A stretch of DNA of 64,000 nucleotides from Heterodontus francisci (Eukaryota), in the NCBI RefSeq assembly GCF_036365525.1, contig NC_090377.1, forward strand, positions 103,616,265 to 103,680,264. The letters run 5' to 3'. The translations under genes were made by a program, and so were the position numbers. Of the stretch, positions 22,980 to 35,477 are shown piece after piece (within the stretch, counting starts at the first letter, position 1; each line of letters opens with the position of its first letter). The notes beneath the pieces are model-generated. The model had not been told where the DNA came from and did not search any database. It saw only the letters and a list, made by a program, of their open reading frames with translations.

Positions 22980-23794
22980 ATTTTAACAAACCCCTGACAT
23001 CAGAATCTGTGATGGGGGTGGGGGGGCCTGAAGATGGCTGCAGATGAGGATCACCGCGGATCTCGACGCCAGCAGTACCCAGCCTGATCCTTCCGGTGCC
23101 CACACGGCTCCGTGGTGGCCCCCCCACCGCTGGACAATTTAAATATGCAAATCAATAAAAATAATAAATTTAAATACACTTACTTTCAATCTTGAGGGCC
23201 CTCCATGATCTTCGGCCCAGTGGCCAGCACATCTGCGTCTTCAGATCCCCGTCTGGGAAACACGGTGCCACACAGGTGAGGAGAGGAAGCAGGTAAATTT
23301 GTCAGTGCGGGGGGTTAGTGGGGATAATGGGGTCAATACATATAATGGGTGTAGGGGATGGTGGAAAAGGTTGAACCTTAAATTTTGTGCAGTTTGGTGG
23401 GAGGGGGGGGGAAGCTCAGATGTAAAAGTTAAGTGTTTTAGGGGGGAAAGGGCAAATAGTTATTTTCATTGTTATTGTGGGGTGGGAAAGGGGTATAAGA
23501 AATTTATTTATTTAATTTCGGGGGATCTCTCTTTAAAAATGTAAATATGCTGGCAGGGCTGGTTGCCTTTGAAAAATGGCACCAGCGCCTGCACAGGCAG
23601 CTGACGCCATTGTCGAGGATGGACAGCCCACCCCCTCCACGTGATAGAGAGGCTGTGGGCCGCCCCGGCTAATTAAATGAGCCACCGCGCGGAAGATTGT
23701 GGCAGCTCTGGCATGCGGCCCGTGCGGGTGGGCCGCCATTTTCTGAGCTCGCCGCCGAGATCGATGGGGAGCGGGGGCTCTTAAAATCCAGCCC
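22980..23794. mobile_element. MITE of the same family, left end eroded
   Basis: Right end CTTAAAATCCAGCCC. The body aligns with 34713-35477 and 28337-30082. Confidence 0.75.
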
Positions 23795-24141
23795 ATTGTG
23801 TTCTGAAAAACATTAGCACCATGTCTCTTTTTTCAGTAATTAATCAAGTCTGTTTGGTCACAGTCACTTTATAGAAGGTATTTCACAATCTGCTTTGTTT
23901 AAATCAGGTTTGTCTGAAACCTTTAAAGAGAGACATTCAGGTCAGACTGCTTCTGTGGATATTAAGAAAAAGAAAAGAAGCATCCCATAAAAAATGGCTT
24001 AGATCATAGTTTAGGACAGCAGTTATACACTATTTTACACGACTCAGGAAACAATATGAGCTTAATATCAACTGTAAAGTACTCTTCTATTGCTCCAACC
24101 CCTTCATTCAAGTGATGTGAAATAAATCTCTACTCTTTGTC

Positions 24142-24559
24142 CATTGAGTGGAGAGTATACCGGGGCTTGGCTGGATTTTAAAGAACAGCCTTTATAAAGG
24201 TGAGCTGGAACCAAAGAGGCCAACACAAGGAAAGCTCCAGGACTGGGACGTCTGTGTGAGCATACCTGAGCAAAGTAAAGATCGAGAGTTCATGATCCAA
24301 GCTCTATTGAGATCTTACAGTTTTGGCATTGTTGGACTCAATTATGAATGGTTATTTTCATGAAGCCTACTTCAAGAAAGACAAGCTCAACATAGTTCCA
24401 AGTGTGCAGCTCAAAGATATAGATAGTCTGAGAAAGGATGTCTATCTGACTGTAATTCACAAACTACTAAATGAAGTCAAGGTTCTACATCACAGCAAAA
24501 GCACCTGTAAAGATAGATTTATTCCAGACACTGAAGGAAAGATCTTTATTATGTATTTA
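24142..24559 (+). pseudogene. POMGNT1: Processed pseudogene fragment of POMGNT1 (copy 1)
   Basis: [53 protein letters not shown], +1 frameshift, then [53 protein letters not shown]. This matches recalled vertebrate POMGNT1 ([86 protein letters not shown]). No introns. Confidence 0.9.
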
Positions 24560-24957
24560 AGTTTGCTACCATTAAATCCCACACTCTGATTCTGGAGAAA
24601 GATACTTCTGATATCAAAACTGTTTCAGAAAATTAAGGATTCTTTTCCACCTTTAACAAATTATTTCTGTTTTAGAATTATTTACCTTTTCTGGATGGCA
24701 GTTAACACCTAAGTGGAAGTCCAGTCTAATGTTACTCTGCTCCCTTCTGAATGCAGAGAGGAACATAATAGGTCACGTGGCCAAATCAATTGTTGAACCA
24801 GGCTGAAGAGGTTTTTCTACCTTGATGGAAGGTCACAAACCTGAAACATTAACTCTGTATCTTGCTCCGCACATGCTGCCTGACCTGCTGAGTATTTGCA
24901 GAATTTTCAGTTTTTAGTTCAGACTTCCAGCATCCACAGTGTTTTTGCTTTTGTATT

Positions 24958-25287
24958 AGAGTCATAGAGAGATACAGCACTGAAACAGGCCCTTCGGCCC
25001 ACTGAGTCTGTGCTGACCAACAACCACCCATTTATACTAATCCTACATTAATCCCATATTCCCTACCACATCCCCACCATTCTCCTACCTACACTAGTGG
25101 CAATTTGCAATGGCCAATTTACCTATCAACCTGCAAGTATTTGCCTGTGGGAGGAAACCAGAGCACCCGACGAAAACCCACGCGGTCACAGGGAGAACTT
25201 GCAAACTCTGCACAGGCAGTAGCCAGAACTGAACCCAGGTTGCTGGAGCTGTGAGGCTGTGGTGCTAACCACTGCGGCACTGTGCGC
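24958..25287 (-). mobile_element. HE1-type V-SINE
   Basis: Full head, V-domain and tail. Absent at the paralogous site at about 35588. Confidence 0.88.
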
Positions 25288-25458
25288 CCACTATTGGAAT
25301 CCTTCCTTAAACCTCTCTGATTTTCTGCCTCATTCTGCTCCTTTAAGGCACTTCTTAAACAAGTTTTCCTTAAACAAGATTTTAGCTCTCTCCTAACATC
25401 TCCTTCAATGGTTCCATGTCAAACTTTTTGTGATAACATGCCCCTTGGGACAATATAG

Positions 25459-26344
25459 TGTCAGGCAAACCCCCCACATGTCATGACTGAGGTACACATT
25501 ATTTTGCCACATGAACATTAAACCTTAAAAGTGCAAACCCCTGATCGGAAGGATATTGCATGGTAACAGATAGTGTTGGAACAAGGGACAAAGGACCATG
25601 ACCTGACCCATTCAACCAACGATGGACTTTTGATTACCAGATGTTGAAGGTGGGGGGAGCTAGCATTCCAGATAGACTGCTAAGATAGAAGAATCCACAA
25701 ACACAGAAGAAGTGGTCAGACCAGTTTTAGTCACATGGCTAGCTGGCTGTTGAGATTTGAACATCTAACAAGAGATTTGAACTCAGAAAGCCGTGTGCTT
25801 CCAGTTGGAACAGAACCTCCTCTCCAGTCCTGCCTGCCTCCATCTCTCTCTCATGGAACTGAATCTTGTGAAAACACGTGAACCTCAAAGAGAGAAAAGT
25901 TTCCTACGTGAACAAGGTTTAAGAACAACACTGGCCCCCAGTGAACAGCAAGACTACCTACAATCAAGTGAGCTTGAAGCACAGTAAACAAAAAACTCTT
26001 CCGATATTGCCTCAAACACCTCTCTACTATATTTTCCTCCTCTTTTTTGTCCCTATTTGCATGTGTGTATTGCGTGTGCATGCTAGTGTGGGCGCGTCGT
26101 ATATCCATAGTTGTGAACCGTATTAGAGTTTAAGTCTAAGTTTTAATAAATTTCACTTCTCTCCTTTAAACCTAAGAAAACCTGGTGTGTTGGTTTCTTT
26201 GCCTTATAATTGGAAAGCTGTGAACAAGGATTCACAAAAGGGGGAGCTCAAAACACAGTGTGTTTAAAAATTAAACCCTGTTACAATAAGACCAGGTAAA
26301 AACAGCAAAAGACCAGAAGACACATTTCTCACCTGGTCATCACA
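25459..26344 (+). mobile_element. Solo LTR (886 bp) inserted in an L2 tail
   Basis: TGTCA..TCACA ends, 4-bp TSD ATAG (25455-25458 and 26345-26348), AATAAA at about 26145. Confidence 0.75.
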
Positions 26345-26524
26345 ATAGATGCTATATAAATGAAATTTTTTTTGTTCTTATTGCAGTCTGAAACATAGTA
26401 GCCAAAATATATAAAATAAAAGAGAGCTAAAAAAGAAAGACCAAAAGCATAACAGTTAGCTGTACTGTTTTGTTAGTGAGAATCAGGCAAATTGGAGGGC
26501 AGAACAATGAGGGTCTTATCTTTT

Positions 26525-26840
26525 TGATTGATACAAATCACCTCAAATTACTGCCCCCTATTAAAGGAGCCATTTATATTGAGCACTGTTCATGTTATTG
26601 ACAGTACTAGGCACAGGCATGTTGTACCACGGATATTTGACAAAATTATTGACTCAGCCACACACAATTAGCTGTATATAAAGTGTATAGCCAACCTACT
26701 GCCATCAAAGCACAGTCTGATTTAAAACACATTTCTCCATATAAATAAAGTAGCTAAGCATACAAACATTACTGGGGAGCTGCATAACTGTATTAGCTAG
26801 CTTGCAAGCAAAATAATATGCAATGCCAATGTGAAATACT
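26525..26840 (+). mobile_element. Possible highly decayed DNA-transposase C-terminus (Academ-like)
   Basis: LKLLPPIKGAIYIEH followed by Cys-rich GSC..CKQNNMQCQCE, resembling an LPPT..AL..H motif plus a Cys-rich finger. Weak. Confidence 0.3.
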
Positions 26841-27404
26841 TTTGTTGAGAGAATAGAGCTAGCTACACCATGTCATGGGGTGGTAGAGGGACCTTATCAC
26901 TTGACCTCTGTGGATTCATACTGTGTCAGGAGTGCACACTCTCCAATAAACCATGTAACTGTGGTCATTGAGGTAAGTGGAAAAATAAGCAATAGGAAGA
27001 TGGACCATTTCTCACACTAATATTGTCACAAGACAATTTAACCCATGATGGTCAATGTTTGTGCACGTTCTCCACTTGCATGTAATAGGTGTCTGAAGAC
27101 AGGACAGCCAACAAAAGGGCAGTGATTTCCAAATCAGGAGAATTTTATAGAGTGAAGCAGATAGTACTTCAGAAGAGTCATGTAAAACAGAAAAGCAGAG
27201 TGCGACAGGAAGGGACAAAAAGGTTAATAGTAGGTAGCCAAGGCTAGTTTATTCATCATGACAAGCTGTTAAACCAGGTCCTGGATTCTAAAATAGATAA
27301 ACAACAGAATCTCTCATGGGCAAAATGCCATTTGCCCACCAAAGCTAGTGACAAAATTAGATAAACACAATTACAAATAAAGAACACCCTTCAGTTCTTC
27401 CAAT

Positions 27405-27975
27405 AGCAGGTCAGAGGTTGGGATCTCTGCAGTGACTAACTCACCTCCTGACTTCCCAATGCCTCTCCACCATCTACAAGGCATGAATCAGGAAAGTGAT
27501 GGAATACTCTCCACTTGCCTGGATAGGTGCAGCACCAACCACACTCAAGGAGCTCAACACCATCCAGGACAAAGTAGCCGCTTGATTGGCACCCCATCTA
27601 CCACTTTGAACCTTCACTCTCTCCACCACTGATGCAGAGTGGCAGCAGTATGTACCATCTACAAGGTGCATTGCAGCAATGCACCAAGGCTCCTTAGACA
27701 GCACCTTCCAAACTGGCGACCTCTACCACCTAGAAGGACAAGGCCAGCAGATGCACGGGAACACCACCGCCTGCAAGTTCCCCTCCAAGCCACACACCAT
27801 CCTGACTTGGAACTATATTGTCATTCCTTCACTGTCGCTGGGTCAAAATCCTGGAACTCCCTTCCTAACAGCACTGTTGGTGTGCCTATATCCCAAGGAC
27901 TGCAGCGGTTCGAGAAAGCAGCTCACCACCACCTTCGCAAGGGCAATTAGGGATGGGCAATAAATACTGGCCTAT
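27405..27975 (+). mobile_element. LINE (second family) 3' fragment
   Basis: AAVCTIYKVHCSNAPRLLRQHLP and a 3' end GGGCAATTAGGGATGGGCAATAAATACTGGCC. Aligns with 16325-16890. Confidence 0.8.
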
Positions 27976-28336
27976 GTCAAATCTATTACCTGTTTGCAAT
28001 CACGCACTTTTAATGTAATGTAGTTTTCTGATACAAACAACTTTCAAAGGACATTGGCCCTCAAACTGGATAGTAAATTACGCAATTGCAGTTACTGATC
28101 TTTGACATACTTGTAAAACTTGCTTTTAATCCAATTCACAGCAAAAAAAAATCATGACTGTTTCTAACATGGTAATTGGAACATTATAAATTATACAATG
28201 TCTTCCCTAACAGGTTTTAAAACTGCAAATGCAGCTTAGATTTTGTTAAGGAATCGTAGACAGTTCATCATAGATTAAGGTTTATTATAGCTGTCCATTA
28301 CATTGTATTTACTGACTATTGTAACTATTGCACCCT

Positions 28337-30082
28337 GGGCTGGAATTTGTTGATCCCTCAATGTCGAGTTCCATGGCGGGGGGGTGGGGGGGGGCCAAAA
28401 GATGGGGCCCCCAGCGGTCTGCCACAGAGGCCAACCAGGAGGGTCCGGCCCGATCCTCCCAGTGGCAGCGAGGCTCTGTGGTGGCCCCCCCACTGCTGGG
28501 CAACAGGACCTGGATTTCAATGTTCAAATCAATTACATGCATAAATTTAAATGGACTTACCTTCAATATTCAAGACCCACCGCAATCGTCAGCATGGTGG
28601 TCGGCGCTCCCGCGCCTTCAATTCCCCATCCAGGGAAATCCAATGTGAAGCTGGTGGGGAGGGAGAAGGAGTTAAGAATTTAGTGCGGAGGTGGGGGGAG
28701 ACGGGGTCAAATAAACGTAATGGGTGTAGGTGATGGTGGAAAGCAGTGAATTTCAAACTTTGTGCAGTCTGGGGGAAAGGTCAGATTTGAAAGGTAAGTG
28801 TTTTTGGAGGGGAAAGGGCAAACAGTTAATGTAATTGTTATTGGGGGTGGGAAAGGGGTGTTAGAAAGTTATTTTAAAGATTTTGGGCAGTGTATCTTTA
28901 AAAATTTAAATTGACCGGCAGGGCTGGCCGCACTTTAAAAATGGCACCAGCGCCTGCACGCAAGCAGCTGGTGCCATTGCCGGGGATGGACAGCCTGCCC
29001 CCTCCACAAGATTGGGGGTCGGGCTGCCCAGCTATTTAAATGAGCCGCTGTGTGTGAGATTAGATGTGAATATAGGAGGTATGATAAGTAAGTTCACAGA
29101 TGACACGAAAATTGGTGGTGTCTTAAGTAGTGAGGAGGAAAGACTTAGATTACAGGACAATATAGATGGGCTGGTAAGATGGGCGGAGCAGTGGCAAATG
29201 GAATTTAATCCTGAGAAGTGTGAGGTGATGCATTTTGGGAGGAGTAACAAGGAAAAGGAATATACAATAGATGGTAGGACCCTAGGAAGTACAGAAGGTC
29301 AGAGGGATCATGAAGGCAGCAGCACAGGTAGATAAGGTGGTTAGAAAGGCATATGGGATACTTGACTTTGTTAGCTGAGGCATAGAATATAAGAGCAGGG
29401 AAGTTATGATGGAGCTATTTTAAACACTAGTTAGGCCACAGCTGGAGTATTGTGTACAGTTCTGGTCACCACACTATAGGAAGGATGTGATTGCATTGGA
29501 GAGGGTGCAGAGGAGATTCACCAGGATGTTGCCTGGGCTGGAGCATTTCAGTTATGAAGAGAGACTGAAAAGGCTAGGGTTGTTTTCCTTAGAGCAGAGA
29601 AGGCTGAGGGAGGACATGACTGAGGTATACAAAATTATGAGGGGCATTGATATGTTATATAGGAAGAGACTTATTTCCTTAGCGGAGGGGTCAATAACCA
29701 GGAGGCATAGATTTAAGGTAAGGGGAAGGAGGTTTAGAGCGGATTTGAGGAAAAAAATTTCACCCAGAGGGTGGTTGGAATCTGGAACGCAGTGCCTGAA
29801 GGGGTGGTAGAGGTAGGTACCCTCACAACATTTAAGAAGTATTTAGATGAGCACTTGAAACGTCATAGCATACAAGGCTACAGGCCAAATGCTGGAAAAT
29901 GGGATTAGAATAGTTAGGTGCTTGATGGCCGGCACGGACACGATGGGCCAAAGGGTCTGTTTCTGTGCTGTATAACTCTATGACTCTATGACTATGACTC
30001 TTTGGCGTGTGGCCTGCGCGTGCGTTCCGTCATTTTCTGAGCTCGCTGCTGAGATCGGCGACAGGCTCTTAAAATCCACCTC
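28337..30082. mobile_element. MITE of the same family, split by a CR1 insertion
   Basis: Ends GGGCTGGAATTT / AAAATCCACCTC, TSD CCT. The MITE body resumes at about 30000 after the CR1 tail. Confidence 0.78.
29056..30000 (+). mobile_element. 5'-truncated CR1 (HER1-like) LINE nested in a MITE
   Basis: ISKFTDDTKIGG..WQMEFNPEKCEVMHFG and ALERVQRRFTRMLPGL, with a (ACTCTATG)n tail. Confidence 0.92.
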
Positions 30083-30786
30083 CCTATTTTGCCAATACTA
30101 GTCAGCCCCATTACACTGTACTGTTGTACTCATGAGGAACTTACAGTGCTGACTTCTGGAAATTCCTTGGATTTTCTTGCCTGTTTGCCCCTCAATGCAA
30201 GTTCTGGAACAATGTAATTCCAAATGGATAGCAGCGGAATTGCGATATTTATAGGAAAGTAAAACCCAGCAACTTTCAATGTTACTCAGCATGAGTCCCA
30301 GGTGAAAGCAATATGTGCCAGAGCACAGAAATTGAGACATTCCCCAAGTAAGTTGAGTCATTTTAAAATCAGTTTACATAATGCAAGCTTTTAAACTGTG
30401 TTTTAAAATAACCTAGCTGTTAGGTTATTTGAAAACACAATATTAAAGGCTTGAAGCAGGGCTGTCCAACCTTTTTGTGTGGGGGGCGGGCCACATTACA
30501 ATTTTTGTCATGCATAGCAGGCCAGTGAGACAATTTCAGAAAGATTAAGGCATTAAAAATGTATCTTACTATTCATCAAAACAACAACAAATGTACATTT
30601 TTGTGAAGAAGCTTTAAATGAGAATACTAATTTATTGACTTACTTTCTCATCACTATGTTGGACATTGAGTGAGTTACCTGGCATTATTTTGCTTACACA
30701 AGTAATCAGTGTTTGCCTGCACACTTGTTGTGGCGATACAAAGTATTCCGGATAGATGTCCATCTGTCAGGAGTAATCTTGATCAT

Positions 30787-31320
30787 TCTCTCACCCTCCT
30801 TCTCTCTCTGTTTCTGTCTCTTTCTCTCTCTCCCCCTCCTTCTCTGTGTCCCCCTCTCTATGTTACCCCCTGTCCATGGTCCCCACTCTCTGTGTTTTCA
30901 CCCTCTCTGTTTTGTCCCCCTCTCTGTGTCATCCCGCACTCTATGTTTTCTCTCCCTCTCTGTGTTGTATTCCCTATCTCTCTGTCTCCCCTCTCTCTGT
31001 CCCCTCTATTTCTCTCTGTCCCCCTCTCTGTGACCCCCACTCTCTCTCTTTCTCTGTCCACCTCTTTCTCTTTCTGCCCCCTTTCTGTCTCTGTCCCTCC
31101 TCTCACTGCCCCTCCCTCTTCCTCTCTCTCTCAGTACCCCCTCTCTCTCTCTCTACCTCTCTTTCTCTGTGTCCTCCTCTCTCTCTGTCTGCCCACCTCT
31201 CTTTCTCTCTGCCCACCACTCTCTCTCTGTCCCCTCTCTCTCTTGCCCTCTCTCTCTCTGCACCTCCTCTCTCTGCCTCCCTCTCTCCCTCTCTCTGCTC
31301 CCCTCTCCCTCTCTCTTTCT
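30787..31320. repeat. Polypyrimidine (CT-rich) low-complexity tract of about 530 bp
   Basis: Degenerate CTCTCTGTCCCC-type units. This tract accounts for the spurious ORFs at 30709-31403. Confidence 0.9.
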
Positions 31321-31376
31321 CAGACAGTTACATAGCAGCTTTAAGGTTGGTCTGTTTTTTTAAAAAATCGCAGCCA

Positions 31377-31551
31377 TCAGTTTCACAGCTGTCAGGTGCT
31401 TAGAACAGAGGCAGTGCTTCTGAACTTCAGAAAAGTTTGTGGTTTTCCGGCTGGCTTTTAAAAAAAATCGGAACCCGCCAGGAAACCACAAACTTGTCTG
31501 AGGTTCGGAAGCCCTGTCTCTGCTCTAAGCACCTGTCAGCTGTGAAACTGA
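31377..31551. repeat. Long imperfect palindrome (arms about 80 bp, short loop)
   Basis: TCAGTTTCACAGCTGTCAGGTGCTTAGAACAGAGGCAGTGCTTCTGAACTTCAGAAAAGTTTGTGGTTT versus the reverse complement of the right arm, TCAGTTTCACAGCTGACAGGTGCTTAGAGCAGAGACAGGGCTTCCGAACCTCAGACAAGTTTGTGGTTT. Confidence 0.9.
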
Positions 31552-33329
31552 CACTTGCGTTTTTATTAAGTCAGACTGGTCTGGAAGACGAAGCCAATGG
31601 GAAATTTCTCACCCCTGAAATTACCAGTCATGGACCTCAAAATATTTTATCATGGACACTGGTGTGCGGACATGTTGCCAAACCCTGGTCACTGATCTGA
31701 GGGAGAAGACATCAATACAGTGTGTCAGTTAAATTCTTTTAATGAGAATATGACTGTGAGCTCTACATGAAATAATCAAATAAGAATGACTTCTCATTTT
31801 GTTGCATGCTCATTGATTGATGCTGATTCAAAGAGCAGGAACAGTATGTTTATGCTGACTTAGTAGCCTCACCTTTACAGCCACATTTACAGCTGATACA
31901 TCCAGAAATATGTAGTAGATCCTCTCCGCTGTGTTCCCATCACTTTCCTACGCACACTCTTTCCTGTTTTCTGGAGAGCAGTCCCAATGGTCCAAAACGT
32001 GCCCTCTATATGTAGGTGGGTGCAAGCAAGTTAGCTGAAAATGAGGTAAACATTGCCTCCATCAGGTTTCCTGCCATGTTCTCAGTTTGAACGCTGGATG
32101 TAGGGGTCACCTGTTAGTTGCAGGCATCCAGCATACAAAGGCTGGCTGACAGCCCCCAAATGGTTATATCAAAGAGGCATTTGTGCAATTACTCTCACAA
32201 CTGCATCATGCACAGGCCCAAAGAGCAGTCCCTATTCCTTTTTCAAAAACAATGGACAATTTTTTTTAGTCAGCTCAGAGGCTCCCTCTGACTCCCTCTG
32301 TGGCACAATCTGGTTATAGCCTGACAGAGGCCGGGGAGCTGCCCCAGTCTTCAAATGAGCTTAGATCTGCACGTACAGCTGAGGTTGGTGCAATTTATCG
32401 GGGATGGGCAGTAGTTCTTCATGTCAGAAATGTCCGTCCAGCCAAAGGGGGAATAATTTGTCTTGTGCGATATTGCAAAAAGGCCCTTTTCATATTCTGC
32501 CCAATTTGTGTTCCTATTGAAGTCAAAGGGAGTGAAATGTAAAACAGGATGCCAATTTACTCCCGCGCATTTCAATACTACCCAAAATAATTTTCTACCC
32601 CAAAAAATCTAGAGCAATTTCTGCTCCCCAACTATACCCAGCTTCCATGTTTCTGTTTATTTTTTTTTTGTGTGTGTTTTGTGTTTCTCAAAGTGCTTAA
32701 TTAAAATGGATTCACTTTCTCTTGGAATTATGGTAGCAAAGTTTGATTCAATGCCTCTGATATCTTTGTGTTAAATGTGTGGGATATTCATTGCAGCTTT
32801 CTCCTATCATTTATGTATGTGCTAATGCAAAGGATAAAGCTGTCACTGCTCTCTGCCATAACAGTGCGCTTAACTGCCAACCCAGGAGACTGCAGTCAAC
32901 TGCCATTATTTATAGATTTTTGGCTTCCATGTTTTAGACTCAGAAATATAAGGAAGTGAACTTCTGATTCCATGTGGAGAAGAGGCAGTCTGAGTTCATA
33001 GTGACTTATATTTGCATTTTCAAAAAATTGCTTTATCTAATTGTCAATATCAGGGACACAATTTGTGTGGAACTTTCAACTTCAATTCTATGGAATGGAA
33101 AATGTGATAGGGTGTATAATGGGCAGATATCACCCGTTCTACAGCCCACCAGAGTTCAAAGTTCCACCCTTTATTTCTCCCTGTCCAGTTATTCACTTTA
33201 ATAAAAGAGATTTGCTTTGATCAGTGTGTAGAAGCTCTGATGAAAGAAGGCCCATCAGCCCATTGGGCCTATAGCTACAGAACACTAACTCTTTTGTTCA
33301 AGTAATGTGAAATGCATCGCTCCTCTGTC

Positions 33330-33689
33330 TATTGAGTGGAGAGTATACCGGGGCTTGGCTGTATTTTAAAGAAGAGCCTTTATCAAGATGAGGTGGAACC
33401 AAAGAGGCCAACACCAGGAAAGCTCCAGGACTGGGACATTTGTGTGAGCATACCTGAGCATTGTTGGACTCAATTATGAATGTTTATTTCCAGGAAATCT
33501 ACTTCAAGAAAGACAACCTCAACACAGTTCCAAGTGTGCAGCTCAAAAATATGGATAGTCAGAATAAGGATGTCTATCTGACTGAAATTCTCCAGCTTCT
33601 AAATGAAGACAAGATTCTAGATCAAGAAAAGCCCCTGTGAAGGACGGTTTATTCCAGACTCTGTAGGAAAGATCTACATTATGTATTTT
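33330..33689 (+). pseudogene. POMGNT1: Processed pseudogene fragment of POMGNT1 (copy 2)
   Basis: Aligns with copy 1 and shares the TGA before VES and the +1 frameshift after GLN. It carries an additional 56-bp deletion. Confidence 0.88.
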
Positions 33690-33718
33690 AGTTTACTACC
33701 ATCAAATCCCACACTCTG

Positions 33719-34450
33719 GACTGTTTTGTGCAGGAGGCGGGGCTCCCGGCGCAGGGCCAAAAAGGGAAGGGGGATTCCCGCCTCTGCATATTTTAGGCCC
33801 CCACTCCCTGGAGCAATCTTCCAGTCTTATTGGGTCAAAGTTTTAGGAGGCAGTATCCCCGTCCCTTTAAAGACTTTATAGCTCAGGGATTCCACCTCCA
33901 AGTACTGCCGGCCAATCATAAGGAGCGATGGCCACTGCCGGTACTGCAAATTCCTTGGACCTAGGTGGAACCCCGAAACACAAGAAAGTGAGGCGAGGTT
34001 GCCGGGGCCAGTCCAGAATGCCCCGGCGAGGGGGTGGTGGGGGGGTGGGCGTTCAGTCCAGGGGGTTGGGAGGGCTACCCAGGAGGTACAGTTATTCCTG
34101 GGAGACAGTCCTCCCTGAGCCACAAATTGTCCACAAAGGTGTGACCCAACCACCCCCACCCCACTCCATGCCTGTGGGCAGGGCACCTCATTTTACAATG
34201 TGTCCTCCCCATGCGGCAGAGACCCCCTGGTAAAATCCCATCAGCGGTGGAAGGAGGCCCTTAAGTGGCCAACCAAGGGTCTCATTGGCCTCTGGGCGAG
34301 AGGGTCAGCATCAGCCTATCCTGCTCCCAAGGAGGATCGAACCAGGAATCCCGACGTCGGGTAGCGTAGCAGGCGGTTCCGCTCAAATTCTCCGGCCCCC
34401 CCCCCCACTACCACCACGAAACCCGCCTTACGGACGAGCACAAGATCCTC
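33719..34450. mobile_element. GC-rich MITE-like insertion
   Basis: Absent at the paralogous site at about 24588 (CACACTCTG|ATTCTGG). Imperfect inverted ends TTGTGC/GCACAA. TSD ambiguous. Confidence 0.65.
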
Positions 34451-34712
34451 ATTCTGAAGAAAGGTACTTCTGATCTCAAAACTGTTTCAGAAAATTAAAC
34501 ATTCTTTTCCTTTTGAGCCAATTATTTCTGTTCTAGGTTTCCTTTTCTGGATGGCAGTGAAGTTAACTTCCTAAGTGGAAGTCCGGTCAAATGTTACTCT
34601 GCTCCCTTCTGAATGCAGTGAGGAACATAATACGTCACGTGGCCAAATTAATTGTTGAAACAAAATGAAGAAGGTTTTCTACCCTGATGAAAGGTCACAG
34701 ACTTGAAACATT

Positions 34713-35477
34713 GGGTTGGATTTTAAGGAGCCCTCAGCATCGGGATCCACGGTGAGGGGTGGGGGGGTCCTGAAGATGGCACTGGGTGAGGCCGGCCATG
34801 GACCTCCACTCCGGCAGGGCCCAGCCTAATCCTTCTAGTGGTGGCGAGGCACCGTGGCGACATCCACGACACCGACCCCCTCCACCCCCGCCGCTCGGCA
34901 ACAGAATCACAATCAGTATATGCAAATGAATAAAATTATTACATTTACATGTACTTTCCTTTAATCTTGATGACCCATCGCGATCTTTGGCCCGATGGCC
35001 GGCACTCCCACGCCTTTGGACCCCGCCCGGGGAAACTGGTGAGGAGAGGTGAGGTGGTAAGTTTATCAGTGTGGGACGGGGTCAAATTGACGTAATGTGT
35101 ATCGGGCATGGTGGGAAGGGTTGTCCTTTAAACTTCGTGCAGTTTGAAGGGGGATCGGTCCGTTGGTAAATGTAAGTGTTTTGGGAGGAAAGGGCAAATA
35201 GTTAATTTAATTGTTGTTGGCGGGGGCAGGTGGGAGAGGGGGAAAAGAAATGTATTCATGTAATTTTATTGAATATTTCTTGAAATATTAAAATAAAGCC
35301 AATAGGCTGACTGCCCTTTAAAAACGGCGTCAGCGCCTGCACACAGTGATCGGGGTGGAGGAGGGGGCCCCAGCTATTTAAATGAGCTGTTGTGATTTGG
35401 CACGTGGCCCACACAGGCAGGCCGTCATTTTTGAAGCTCACAGCCGAGATCGACAGCAAGCTTATAAAATCCAGCCC
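34713..35477. mobile_element. MITE with a 3-bp TSD shown by an empty paralogous site
   Basis: Ends GGGTTGGATTTTA / TAAAATCCAGCCC, TSD ATT. The empty paralogous site GAAACATTAACTCTG is at 24843-24857. Confidence 0.88.

Noticed and set aside
24148-24589. Functional POMGNT1 exon(s)
   Set aside because: It has an in-frame stop, a frameshift, substitutions at conserved Trp residues, and no splice structure.
30709-31403. The longest ORFs in the track (208 and 185 aa), rich in Leu, Ser and Pro
   Set aside because: They are stop-free only because they cross a CT low-complexity tract. No domain is recognisable.
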